A DNA stretch of 63,193 bases, the filler included, from Dugesia japonica (Eukaryota), in the NCBI GenBank assembly GCA_001938525.1. It is 6 parts of 6 records of this genome, joined end to end, with 100 filler letters (N's around TTAATTAATTAA, not from the genome) between each part and the next. Parts side by side here need not be neighbours in the genome. Positions count along the whole stretch, not along the records: positions 32,291 to 43,190 come from MQRL01612179.1; positions 43,291 to 53,641 come from MQRL01359222.1; 4 more parts are not named here. One strand, given 5' to 3'. The notes below the pieces were generated by a model, which made no database searches, was not told the origin of the DNA, and worked only from the letters and a program-made list of their open reading frames with translations. Positions 40,279-52,400 of the stretch are shown in pieces. Each line of letters begins with the position of its first letter. Positions within the stretch are counted from its first letter, which is position 1. Both the position numbers and the translations under genes were made by a program.

Positions 40279-41247
40279 ATGTATGCTAGAATTAAAGAAT
40301 TAAAAGCTTTAATTAAAGCTCAAGAAGAATATAATGATTATTTTTCTAATAAAATTCTTGATTATAATACTTTACAAACTAACTTATCCACTTTACAAAA
40401 ACCAACAATAACTGCATTAGAAAAACTTACATTAGAACCAACAATAAAAACAGAACCCATAACAACAGAACCAGAAATTGATTTATTTAAAAAAGATGTA
40501 ATTACTCTCACATTACTTGCGTCTAAAGATGTATCACCATTTAAACCTGATAATTTAACAATAAATAATACAAACATATCACCAACAATAATTCCACAAT
40601 TTGATGAAATACCTGTAACACCAGATAAAACTTACACAAGATTATTTTTTAACCAAACAAGTGTATCAATATTTTTCTTTATAATTAAAGATATAAAACA
40701 TTTATCAATAAATAATAAAATTTATGAAGATGAATATCAAGATAAATTTGTTGATTTAATGATGGGTAATCTACATACAGATTATACTTTATATGAAAAA
40801 GATGATATTTTAAGAAAGTTTATACTTATATATTTAACAGAAATAATAAAACCACCCCCGAGAAATAATTATTGTGAATTTTTTAAAGTAATATCTGGAT
40901 ATGATAAAATTAAAAGAAAAAAAAGTAAAATTGAACAGACAGATCTTGATAAAGCTTTTAAAAAACAAGAAATAGAAGATGCTAATCAAATTTTAAAAAA
41001 AGAAAAAGAAATGGAAGAGGAACATATAGAAAAAAGAAGGGTACAAAGTGGAAAAGGCAACAAAAACCATAACAACAACAATCCAATTGCATTATTTGAA
41101 AAGTTAACATTGTTAATTTCAGCTGTAAAATCTGGACATAATAATCTCTCATCTGAAATTAAATCTCTGTGTAAAAATTTAAAATCTCAAGGTTTATTAT
41201 CTAACAAGATATATAAAAAATATAAAATGAAATATTTCAAAAATTAA
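40279..41247 (+). CDS. Conserved Polinton-associated protein, 322 aa
   Basis: Intact ORF; C-terminal GKG...NPIALFEKLTLLISAVKSGHNNLSSEIKSL matches the Polinton DPNELxxRLxLLxxxxxAGN-NEI motif as I recall it. Confidence 0.75.
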   Translation: MYARIKELKALIKAQEEYNDYFSNKILDYNTLQTNLSTLQKPTITALEKLTLEPTIKTEPITTEPEIDLFKKDVITLTLLASKDVSPFKPDNLTINNTNISPTIIPQFDEIPVTPDKTYTRLFFNQTSVSIFFFIIKDIKHLSINNKIYEDEYQDKFVDLMMGNLHTDYTLYEKDDILRKFILIYLTEIIKPPPRNNYCEFFKVISGYDKIKRKKSKIEQTDLDKAFKKQEIEDANQILKKEKEMEEEHIEKRRVQSGKGNKNHNNNNPIALFEKLTLLISAVKSGHNNLSSEIKSLCKNLKSQGLLSNKIYKKYKMKYFKN

Positions 41248-41300
41248 ATAAACAAAATAGCGAAGCAAAAACAAAAATCCATAAAGGAAGAAAGTGCATT

Positions 41301-42096
41301 ATGTCTCATCAATTCTTAGTAGTTGGAAAAGAACAAGATTTAAAAGTAAATTTAGATTATCCTATAAAATTAGATTCAGAATATGAACTTGGCATGTTAT
41401 ATTTTTTATGTTACAATATTATATTTAACATCACCAATTTAAATAATAAATTTATTATCAATGGAATTGAACAAGAAAAAACCGGAGCCATAAAGGCCGA
41501 AGGAGCCATAAAAACCGAAGGAGCCATAAAAACCGAAGGAGCCATAAAGTCCGAAGGAACCGAAGGAGCCATAAAAGAAAAAACAATAAAAAAAATTAGA
41601 ACCAGGATCTTATGAAGTAAAAGAAATATCAAAACGTTTAGAAAAACATCTTGAAATTACACCTGATCTTGCAACATCTAAATGTAACATGAAAATATTA
41701 ACTAAAAACACTCTAGAGTTTGATAATAAATCATTCTTCCATGGAATCCTAGGATTTAAACCTGGAAAATATGAACCTGGTAATTATTATTCAGATACTA
41801 AAATTGACATTATAAATTCTAACGCGTTAAATATTACATGCAATATTGTTAAAGGTAATTATTCTACTAATAATCAACAAACAAGAAATATTAATCTTTT
41901 ATATTCATTTCCAATAAATACAGTTCCATTTGGATATAAAATAGTAGAAAGGCCATCACCAGCTATTTATTCTAAAATTAACACAGATTACATCGATGGT
42001 TTTAAATTTAATATCGTAGATGAAAATTTTAACACAATAGATTTTAACCAAGAAACAATTACAATTTTAGTTCATCTACGTAAGTATCGACTTTAA
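41301..42096 (+). CDS. Minor capsid (penton) protein, split by a +1 frameshift in A8 at 41588-41595
   Basis: PIKLDSEYELGM..YNIIFNITNLNNKF, then LEPGSYEV, ILGF, ITCNIVKGNY, VPFGYKIVERP, IVDEN..IDFNQETITILVHLR. Confidence 0.85.
41481..41576 (+). repeat. 18-bp in-frame tandem repeat (GAIKTE) inside the penton gene
   Basis: About 5 copies of ccgaaggagccataaaaa. Confidence 0.92.
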
Positions 42097-42136
42097 AACT
42101 TAAAACTTAAAACTGATATTTAATAAATAGCGAAGA

Positions 42137-42622
42137 ATGAGCGAACATAGAGGACAGAATTTTTGTTTATTAGATTTTTTAAAAACATTTGGAATTAACA
42201 CAACAACAAATTTTGATTTATATTCAATTGCTAACTTTTTAAAAATGCCATTAGAAATTTACATGAAAAATGAGACACCTAAGATATTACCTTCAAAGAA
42301 TATGAATTTTATTTTTAATTATCAAAATTCAAATCAAAATGGAACACATTGGACAGCCTATTATGAAAGATATTATTTTGATTCTTTTGGTTTAAAACCA
42401 TTAAAAGAAATCCCGGGTGTAAAAGTTTATAATAAAATTCAAGTGCAACATTTTAACACTGAAATATGCGGCATTTTATGTATTTATTTTTTATATAAGA
42501 TCCAATATGTAAAATTTAATCTAACGAAAGCAAGGAGTGCATTTGATACTATTATATCTGAAATGAAATCTTTATGTAATGAGCTACGCGAAACCATAAA
42601 AGGAGATGAAATAGTCGAATGA
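42137..42622 (+). CDS. Adenain-type cysteine (maturation) protease
   Basis: GTHWTAY (His), YFDSFG (Asp), QVQ (Gln), ICGILCIYFL (Cys). Confidence 0.93.
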   Translation: MSEHRGQNFCLLDFLKTFGINTTTNFDLYSIANFLKMPLEIYMKNETPKILPSKNMNFIFNYQNSNQNGTHWTAYYERYYFDSFGLKPLKEIPGVKVYNKIQVQHFNTEICGILCIYFLYKIQYVKFNLTKARSAFDTIISEMKSLCNELRETIKGDEIVE

Positions 42623-42687
42623 AATCACTTTATAATTCAATATTAGAAAATAGCGAATAAAAATCCATAAAGGAAGAAAGGAAGAAG

Positions 42688-43190
42688 ATGAATAAGTTTG
42701 GTGCTACTGCTGATTCCGGTGATTCAACAGATTTATTAAAAAGTGTTGATGCTAAAATTAGAACCTTAGATGCGACAAATGAAAATAAATATGTAAATGA
42801 AACTGGTGACACAATTACATCTTTAAAAATAAAAGAAGACCCTAAGGATCTTCAAGATGCAGTTAATTTAAAATACATAAAGAAATCAGAAGAAGATAAT
42901 TTAAAATACATAAAGACTCTTGAAGATAAAATACAAAAACATGAAATAATATTCAGTAGATTATTAAAAGTTGATGGTTTCACAGCAAACAAATTATATT
43001 TAGAATCTAAAATTCAAGAATTAAAAACTTTGAATGTTGATATTTCAGGTTTGAATGATAAAATTAAAAAATTAACAAAATCTTGTAACCAAGAAACATT
43101 TGACAAAATCAACACCGAAATTAAAAGATTAAAATTATCAGTTTTTCCATTTAAAAAAAGTGATTTATTAGTTAAATTAAAAGAAATAAA
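42688..43190 (+). CDS. Fibre-like coiled-coil protein, 3' truncated
   Basis: MNKFG start, KYVNETGDTI and PKDLQDAVNLKYI motifs resemble viral fibre/stalk repeats, followed by heptads. Confidence 0.6.
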
Positions 43191-43290
43191 NNNNNNNNNN
43201 NNNNNNNNNNNNNNNNNNNNNNNNNNNNNNNNNNTTAATTAATTAANNNNNNNNNNNNNNNNNNNNNNNNNNNNNNNNNNNNNNNNNNNN
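43191..43290. other. Artificial 100-nt contig spacer
   Basis: N44-TTAATTAATTAA-N44. Confidence 0.95.
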
Positions 43291-44054
43291 GCTTGTGGTT
43301 TTTAGGTATGCCCCTAGACGAAATATATCGGATTTATTTAGTTGCGGAAATAATTGGATAGGAATAGTGCAGATATTAAACCCAGATATTCAAAATCCTA
43401 AAAACCCAACATTTTCATTAATTATTGTATAAGTCACTTAATAAACAAGAGAACAATTCATTAAACTTCAAATGTATGTGTATAGTATAATAATAATAAC
43501 ATGCTTGTATTTATTATTGTCTACCTCTAGATGTTTTCTATAATTTATCCACTAACTAAACTTTAAAAATCATCTAAAAATTAAATTTTTTGTATAGGCG
43601 TCCAATCAGGTTTCAAGGCATTAATATTAGGTAATTCGTCATTTTTATTTAACACTTATTAAACTGTATATATAGAAGTATTAAATCTTTAAAAATACTT
43701 GAATTACAATAATGATCAGGCTAGCAATTCATATTTGAATTTAAGTTGCATCATTCTTTGTGAAGAAAATAATTCACTGTTTTAATAAATTTTCACTGAA
43801 TTTCAATGAAACCATTTTGAAACAACTGTTAAACATAACTAAAAATAACATTGTAAAAAATTCAGGGTGCTTATCCACTTTTTCCCCGCAAAATGCTCGT
43901 CAAATAATTCATTCAAATTGTAAGTTAAATCAAAAGTCTTATTTTCCATAACAAATTTATTTAATAAGTTCAAAATATAACTGAATCTTAAAAAACAATA
44001 TTTAAACAAATATTCAGTTTTTTAAATATTCAACTTCTCCCCCTCTTTCTAGAA

Positions 44055-47030
44055 TCAGCATCTCTTTAACCATTCGATTCTTCTAAATCTGGTACCTTGT
44101 GGAGTTTCTAACCGAACTTAGTGAGGTGTTAGAAATTCAGTAATTTTATATGGACCTTCATAGAGTAAATCATTCTTCTTTAGTTTCTGAGGGTCTTTTC
44201 TTACTAACACATCTTTGCCTACTTCGAATTCGCGACTAACACGGTTTTCCCTTGATTTATCATTGTCTGCTCGTTTAATATTATCGTAAGCTTTATTTAT
44301 AATTGCATACTCTCCGAAGTTGTGTTCCTTATTTGTGTGAATATTTATCTTCCTCCTATAAATGATTGCCATTGGTTTTCCCGTTGACTTTGATACATTA
44401 CCATTGAATGCAAACTCTACTCTAGGAAGAATCTCATCCCAAGATTTTTCCTCCTCTCCTGCTTTCATTGAAATCACTATCAGGTCTCGAACTGTTCTGA
44501 TTGCTCGTTCAGCAAATCCATTAGATTTATGTTCATATGGAGAGAAAAGATCCATGAAATATTAAGCTTACTAGCTAGATTTTGTAATAATTTCCCTTCA
44601 AATACTTTACAACGGTCTGACACGATTTTCTGTGGTTTTCCAAATTTATAAATCCAGTGGTTTAGTAGAGTGCTTTTGACAGCGGTTTCATTTTGATTAT
44701 TTGTTGCAGTAAGACTAATCATTTAACTAATTTGATCGATGATAACAATCATATATCTTTTATTTGATCGACCAATATCCATATATGCTATATCCATAAC
44801 GATTTGTTCAATAGGATTACTTACTTCACGCGTAATAAATTTCTCTTGAACCTTTTCACTACTTATTTTCCTGCGCATGCAAAATTGACATTGTCGTATT
44901 ATATGTTGAATATCTCTTATTATATTTGGCCAGAAAAAATAATCTGATACATATTTTATAGTTTTCTTCATTCCATCATGACATAAATCTTTGTGTACTT
45001 TATTAACAAAGTCAATTATTTCATTTGTTAGTACTGCAATCTCTTTATCTTCTCCAGAGAGGTATTTTTCCCTTTAACAAACAATTCATTGCTCTTAAGT
45101 CTGTTAATATAGCTATCCATATTGCCTACCGAATCATCTAAAACACTCAAATATTTTACTTTAGACATCTTAACTTTAGCATCGACATATTCTGTTTGAC
45201 ATTGAGAACAATAACTTGAAAGAATACGAGACATACCATCTNNNNNNNNNNNNNNNNNNNNNNNNNNNNNNNNNNNNNNNNNNNNNNNNNNNNNNNNNNN
45301 NNNNNNNNNNNTTTGAAATTGTGGCGTAATTGGTTTATGTGAACGCTTAATAAATTCCAATGCCTTGTGATCAGTTCGTGCTACAAAATTTTTCCCATAT
45401 AAATAATGACAAAAATGTCTGATAAATTGATATAACGTCAGCAATTTTTTACGTGTCACGCAATAACCTTTTTTATAAGCATTTAGTAGTCTTGAGCCGT
45501 ATGAAATTACCACTTCACGACCGTTTTGAATTTGGCTCAATACTGCACCGATCCCACTAAAGCTAGCATCAGGATCCAATATGAATTGGTTGCTTGAATC
45601 CGGAAAACCTAATATTTGCGCAGTACATAAAGCTTGTTGGATTTCATTAAAGCTGGTTTTGCCCTCTTTAGTCCATTGGATTTCTCGTTTATAGCCTTCG
45701 GTTGCAGTATATAATGGTTTTTCAAGTAACGAAAAATTCCTAACAAACTTCCTGTAATAGTATGACATGCCTAAACAGGAACGTAATTGTTTAGTGCATT
45801 GTGGTATTTCTGCTTCTGAAATTTCTAAGACTTTCTCTGAATTAGACCTCAATCCGTCTTTGCTAACTATATGGCACAAAAATAACAATTCACTTTAATA
45901 TAATTTACATTTATTTGGATTGATTTTGAGACCAGAATTCTGAATTCTTTGAAATAGATTTTCAAGTATGTTATNNNNNNNNNNNNNNNNNNNNNNNNNN
46001 NNNNNNNNNNNNNNNNNNNNNNNNNNNNNNNNNNNNNNNNNNNNNNNNNNCAAAATTGTATTCATCAATTTCTGAAATGTAGCTGGAGCAGATGATAACC
46101 CAAATGGCATACGATTGTAGCAATATTGTCCCTTTTATGTTGAAAATGTCGTTTTAATCTTATCTTCTTCGTTTAATTCTACTTGATAATAAGCTTGTCC
46201 CCTATCCAACGTTGAAAATATTGTACAACCACAAACGTGGTCAAACAAGGTTTGTGGATCTGGCATTTGGAATGAAAACTTTTTGTAGAATCATTCAATA
46301 TTCTAAAGTCTTTGCACATTCTGATCGCACCATTCTTTTTACCAACAATTACTATCGAAAAATTCCCAGCACTTCTAAATTGACCTTCTCTACTGTTTTG
46401 GGAATCATTAAATTCTTCAGCAATTGGAATTGCCTTTTCAATTTCATTATTACTAAGTTTATAATAGTTAAAACCTTTTAAATCGGTTTTCTTAATTCTC
46501 GGGTTGTAACTTGCAGCTGCCACTTCTGAGTAAGTCAACTTATTTATCTGTGACCCACCAAAACTATCATCGTTCTTCTCAAAATACTCAGCCAACTTTC
46601 TCATTTCATCCAGTTTAATTTCTGGTTTAACAGCAAATGATTTTCTTAGCTCTTTCGGAAAAAACTCTTTTCTTGATTATTTGCTGAGCAATTTCCTCCA
46701 CAGTCAATCCTGATTCAAATATTTATTTGACTGATCTTAAAATTCTTAATTCAAAGTTTTCAAAATGTTCATTTTCTTTTTGTCAAATTCCACTACATTC
46801 TTCAATAATTCGGAGAAATGACTTTTCTTTTATAAATTTTCCTTTAAACCATTCACTAGCCATTTTATCGTTAACATTCTGCTGGCTTTTAACTGCATCA
46901 CCGTCTAATAAAAAATCTAAGGTTGATAATAAATCAAAACTGTTTGATTCTGCAAAAACTGAAATTTCATTTAACCATTTTGCTGGGTCAAAATATTCAG
47001 ACTCATACTGATTATTCAAAGACGGCAAAA
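44055..47030 (-). mobile_element. Ty3/Gypsy LTR retrotransposon gag-pol remnant
   Basis: RT (IRMCKDFR, MPFGLSSAPATFQ), RNase H (DASFSGIGAVLSQ, RTDHKAL) and integrase (MDIA, VSDR, SNGFAERAIRT, GPY) in RT-RH-IN order; stops and frameshifts; LTRs not identified. Confidence 0.95.
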
Positions 47031-47605
47031 ATGTTACAGCCTTGACCATTGATGAAAAAATAAAAATAAACCTAAGAACCATACCATACAAAAAATGAAA
47101 TAAAGAATGTAACATTCAGAGCACGAAACCAAANNNNNNNNNNNNNNNNNNNNNNNNNNNNNNNNNNNNNNNNNNNNNNNNNNNNNNNNNNAAAACTTTT
47201 TCTTTAATGTAAACATTTTTTTAAAACTTTTATTTTATGTAACTGAGTTTAATATAACCCATCACAGATTAAGATTCTAATTATTCGGCTGTTGTACTAC
47301 AGGCGTAAAAATGTAATCATCATAATGATGCATATACCTAAATGTACATATTTGAATGTTTTATAAAAGTTTTTTTTTTATTGTAAGTTGTAATTTATAT
47401 TGATAATGTGAACTAAATTTAATATGAATTTGTTTTATTGCGATTTTTCGAGCATTTTCAATCGCGATAAATTTAATATCTTACTTATTTGGTTTCAATC
47501 GACACTTGCGTTACGACGGTATAAATTTCTATTTAATTCAACAATCATTACATTTTCAGTTTTTTAATTAAATTTAATGTAGAAAAAGTAAAAAATTATT
47601 TAATT

Positions 47606-48110
47606 ATGGATAAGAGAAAAAAATTATCTGGTGCTGAATATCGTAAACGAAAAGTTCAAAAGGAGTTGTCCATGAAAAAGCAAAAAAAAGTTTAACAAAA
47701 TTTCTAAGCACAACAGCTAAAGTCGAGACTTCAAGAATATCTTCTGATTGTACTGTAAGTCTGAGTATGAACATGGACGTGAATAACGAAGATGATCATA
47801 TAGAAATATTAGTTGAAAATCCAATAAGTGACAATATTATCAATGAAAATAATAAAACTGGACCAAACGATTATTCGGATATCGGGAAATGGCTAGAAAA
47901 TACGGCACCAATAACCGATTTACTTGTTGAAATTGGTGCTGTAAGAATTTTAGATTATGATTTTCCTGTATCCATTGATAAAGATGGAAATAAAAGGAAA
48001 TTTTTCACTGAAAACTATTTTGAAAAACTTCCTAATGGAGAGAAATACAGTCGCAATTGATTAATATATTCCAAAGTGAAAGACGTTTTATTTTGTTTCG
48101 GTTAAGTTGT
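47606..48110 (+). mobile_element. hAT transposase N-terminal remnant (TTF-type zinc finger region)
   Basis: MDKRKKLSGAEYRKRK and KRKFFTENYFEKLPNGEKYSRN*LIYSKVKDVLFCF; hAT-like end agccggcgctg near 48266-48277. Confidence 0.8.
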
Positions 48111-50775
48111 TCTCCAAAAATAACTTTGCATATATTGTTAATGGATTAAATGAACTGTTAAATATTAAATAAAAATTATGATTATAATTCTAAAATTTTT
48201 ATAAAAATTTCCAGTATTTTTATTATTAAAAATTTTTTCAATATGAATATGGTGCCACAACTGTTTAGCCGGCGCTGTATATTATATTATAACAATAATT
48301 ATGTTAATAAATATTATCGACAGCACAATTTAATTTTTAATTATTTGTAAAAACCTTAACTTGGCAACCACCAGAAGAGAGAAAAGAAATTTCATGAATT
48401 TAAAAACTAATCGAACAGAAATAAATTTAAAAATTAAAATAATTGAAAGACAACAAACAAAGCAACTATTTGTTAGCTAAAGAAACTGTTTTCATTCCAA
48501 ATTCAAAAAGAAAATAGAACATAATAAGAAACTAATAAAAGAAACTGAAGTTCAGAGACGTTTTAATTGTGCCAAATTTTGAAAAAAGTCTAAGAACGTG
48601 CAAAACGTAACAATCGTTTGAAACGAAAGAGAAATATCGAGAATTACCAACCTCGTTTCAAAATAATTTATTAAGTAACTAATTTTGTTCTAGTTAATAA
48701 AATTCGTTAACATTTCTTAGTAGATTCATTGTTAATTTTTATTTTCTTTGTGCCGATTAATAAAACTTTTCATACTACAATTACTCATACAACATACACT
48801 CCAAGTGTTCTTACACGAGCACTATTTTTGGTGACTCTTGAAGACAACAAATTTTTTTAACACAAAATTGACAAATAAAATAATTATAACATTAAAATAA
48901 GATAATCTAACAAATAGTATATAAGAAAAATTACAGTAAAGTAAAATAAATTGTGGGAAAGATATTTTTAGGTTATAAAATATAAAAAACTAAAATACGC
49001 AGCCTCAACACTAATTAATTGTAAAATTTGATGAGGTTTTTAGAGAAATGTTCGTTAAATGTGAAAATNNNNNNNNNNNNNNNNNNNNNNNNNNNNNNNN
49101 NNNNNNNNNNNNNNNNNNNNNNNNNNNNNNNNNNNNNNNNNNNNNNNTCTAAAACTGTTTCTTTAACGATTAATTCTAAATACTCCCTATGATATTTTAA
49201 TTTTAAAATATTTCATTTCACTTCTTAGACACTGACAACTGAGTTTAAAAATGAGACTAAGTTTTCGTATAATAATTGCTGTTTATTGCAAATTGAAATG
49301 CCTACAGAAATATCAATGAATTTATATAAATTATATTAATTAATCGTAATAAATTATTTCCTTTCAAATTTAATTGTAAGGCCTAAATTAATCCCGTTCC
49401 TATTTTCAATTATTATCATAAATATTTAATCAGGTTTTGTCTTATCTTTGAAAGACTGGCAGAAGTACAATTAGAATTTTGATATTTGGTGTTTCAAACA
49501 AGAATGCTAATTTTTTCGGTTAGGATTATTAGAAAATATATCATTTTAATTATACAAAAATAATATATATGAAAATCAATTTTATTAACACATTTTATTC
49601 GAAATTCTCTTTTTAAAAAGTACAAATTTTATTTGAATTTTTTTTAAATATCAATAAAATTTACTATCTATTTATTGCGTTAAATTTAAATTTAAAATTT
49701 TTATAAATTTTTAGCATTGTTTGGATCCATTCAAATACAAAACATCACAAACATTCATATATATATTTCATATATATATATATATATTTTTCTCATACAT
49801 TTTAAGTTCAAATAATGTTAAATTACATTACATTATTTATTAAATATTTCAATAACAATATAAGCCCTTATAATTAAAAGTAATTAGAGGAGTTGGCTTT
49901 TTTTTGCCAAAATTAATAGGATTCAGCCGTAGTATTTTGAGATTCGTAAGGTTATTAAGTATTTCAAATAAACAGGAATGAAATTCTACTAATGTTACGA
50001 TTTTCAGTCTTTCAGTTTATCTTCTATTGTTGCAAATCCGAATTATTGAATCTTAACTTCTTCAGTAAAGAAATTTTTGGATTTTAAAAAGACATGATTG
50101 TAAGAATTATTCATAGATTTAAATATCTCAGAAATCTTTCTTTAATTTATATATAATATTCATATATAATATTAAAATTTATTTTTAAAACATAAGTAAA
50201 ATGAAATATTTCAAAAAATTTATTTATTGAAATTATTAGGTAAACTATTTATGAAATTTTTATATTTCAAAAAAATTTATTTGATGGAAGTTAATATTTT
50301 TAAAATATTTTATAAATTTTTATGTAAAGTAAAATATTTATTATTTTATTGAAAATTTTCTCAGATTANNNNNNNNNNNNNNNNNNNNNATTCTTGATAT
50401 AATTTTTATTTTAATCAAATACACTTGTAATAATAAATACAATTTATGGAGAGTTGCGAAGTTTTGAATTTAACTAATAATGATAAAAAATGTTCATAGT
50501 TCTTTTTTGATAGACCGAAACGAGAATAACTATAAAGTAATTATTACTTTACTTTAATCTAAAGAGTTATAAATTTAAATCTTCATTTAAATAAATTAAT
50601 AATTTGGTGAATTTTAAAAACATGTTATTTGTAAATTATTAACTTGTTCTACTATAAATTTATGACTCAAAATGTTGTTCTGACTTTGCGTATATGAACA
50701 CACACATGCATATATATATATATATATATAACAAAATATATTTTTGTTAATAAAAACTTGATTTTAAAAAATTAC

Positions 50776-51017
50776 CTTTAAACAGTTTTGATGTACATAT
50801 TTTAAAGTACCAGAACAATAGCAAGGAGAAATTAAAAGATCAGATTGAGTGTTCTTTGACAAATGACAAAATCTACACATCGGATCGCTTAAAATAGACC
50901 CGTTGCTGTAAATACTGTTGTCCTGTTGATCATCGATACTTTTGTCAGGAGAATCAATTGAATCTTGATGAATTTGTGCTTGTGAATTCGGAGTAGTTTT
51001 GGGAAGGAAGCATTTTT
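50776..51017 (-). CDS. Exon of a MARCH-family RING-CH E3 ubiquitin ligase
   Basis: AG/GT-bounded open exon ending PMCRFCHLSKNTQSDLLISPCYCSGTLKYVHQNCLK (C4HC part of RING-CH). Confidence 0.9.
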
Positions 51018-51274
51018 CTGGAAAAATGTAATTAATTATTTACAACAATTTTTGACGTATTGAAAATTTTATTTTGGTTAATAATTAATTTGTTATAATA
51101 ATGTAATGTAAAACAATGGATAAATGACAACCAAATGACTTTCCCATTATGGAATGGAACAGGCCAATCTGAAGGATGTGCCAATTCGGAAGTATATACG
51201 ATACGCGAAACAAAATCCGATCAAATTCCAAAATAAGACAAAAATCTTGAAACAATTTATTAAAAATAAATTTT

Positions 51275-51800
51275 AATATTTGGTTGGCATTTCTCCGTCA
51301 TTGTTAATAACAGCTTGGCATCTGCGTTGCATGCTTTTAACATAGATTTGTGAGAAAAGTTGTTGGTAAATTCCACACAACTTCTAAAATTGGAAATACT
51401 TCATTTTGATTTTGTGGATTTCTGTCTGCCACTTGTTTANNNNNNNNNNNNNNNNNNNNNNNNNNNNNATTTAAATCTGGACTTTGAGATGGCCAATCCA
51501 AAATTTTAATATTTTTTCTCTCCAAATATTTTTGAATAATTTTCGCTTTTGTTGTCATGCGGGAAAATTTAATTACCATCTGGGAACAATTTTTTTGCTG
51601 AAGGTGCCATTTGCCTAATTAATATTTGGCGATATTGTTCATTGTTCTTTTTTACCTACAAAGGCTTCCAACGCCATGTGAGGCAAAGCATTCCCAGACC
51701 ATTATTCTTTTACCTTGTTTGACTGTTCCTATCATGCATGATTTGGAAAAACGCTGATTTTGAAGTCTCCAAATGCGTTTTGAGTGCTGAAACCATAACA
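51275..51800 (-). mobile_element. Tc1-like transposase remnant
   Basis: TVKQGKRIMVWECFASHGVGSL and LDWPSQSPDLN. Confidence 0.92.
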
Positions 51801-51974
51801 AGGAGAGGAATGAGTAGCGATCAAAATGAAAGTTATAGGGTGCGATTCGGTGATATATATTCATTTAAGTGACTCTTTAAAATTTGAAAAAACTTTGAAA
51901 AATATACAATTTGATGGAAAATAATTTATTATTAATATTTGTCATTTTCAAATATAACATAAACCAGCATAGTA

Positions 51975-52400
51975 ACATTAATGATTGTAAGTTATAAGCT
52001 CGGAATAAAGAAACCACAATCAGATCCTGAAGATATTATATTGCCGCCGTTGANNNNNNNNNNNNNNNNNNNNNNNNNNNNNNNNNNNNNNNNNNNNNNN
52101 NNNNNNNNNNNNNNNNNNNNNNNNNNNNNNNNNNNNNNNNNNNNNNNNNNNNNNNNNNNNNNNNNNNNNNNNNNNNNNNNNNNNNNNNNNNNNNNNNNNN
52201 NNNNNNNNNNNNNNNNNNNNNNNNNNNNNNNNNNNNNNNNNNNNNNNNNNNNNNNNNNNNNNNNNNNNNNNNNNNNNNNNNNNNNNNNNNNNATTACTCA
52301 TTTTTTCTGTTGCCAATTAAAAGAAAGCACTATTGGCGAGGAAATAGTTAATTTAGTAAATGCAAACATCGAGAAAAGTTTTCAATAGTGGCTACGTATC
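51975..52400 (+). mobile_element. hAT-Charlie/Buster transposase remnant
   Basis: VSYKLGIKKPQSDPEDIILP and FFCCQLKESTIGEEIVN on either side of a gap resemble the KKPHTIGExLILP and FLFC..TTGxDIF motifs. Confidence 0.6.

Larger units (their letters stand above)
34532..43190 (+). mobile_element. Polinton/Maverick (adintovirus-like) endogenous DNA virus, left part, truncated at contig end
   Basis: Tightly packed intronless co-oriented genes: pPolB, pX-like, conserved ORF, penton, adenain protease, fibre-like; candidate terminus AGTAATAGAG at 34532. Confidence 0.93.

Noticed and set aside
40265-40281. Shine-Dalgarno-like AAGGAG before viral ATGs, implying a bacterial phage
   Set aside because: Spacing to the ATG is inconsistent, the same motif occurs inside genes, and gene content (adenain, penton, C2H2 fingers) is eukaryotic-viral
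36708-42812. Minus-strand ORFs overlapping the viral genes (36708, 37977, 39187, 39711, 40362, 41411, 42630)
   Set aside because: Short antisense shadows of the well-supported plus-strand genes
44118-44971. Integrase as the Polinton's own integrase
   Set aside because: It is contiguous with RT and RNase H of a Gypsy element and lies beyond an artificial spacer
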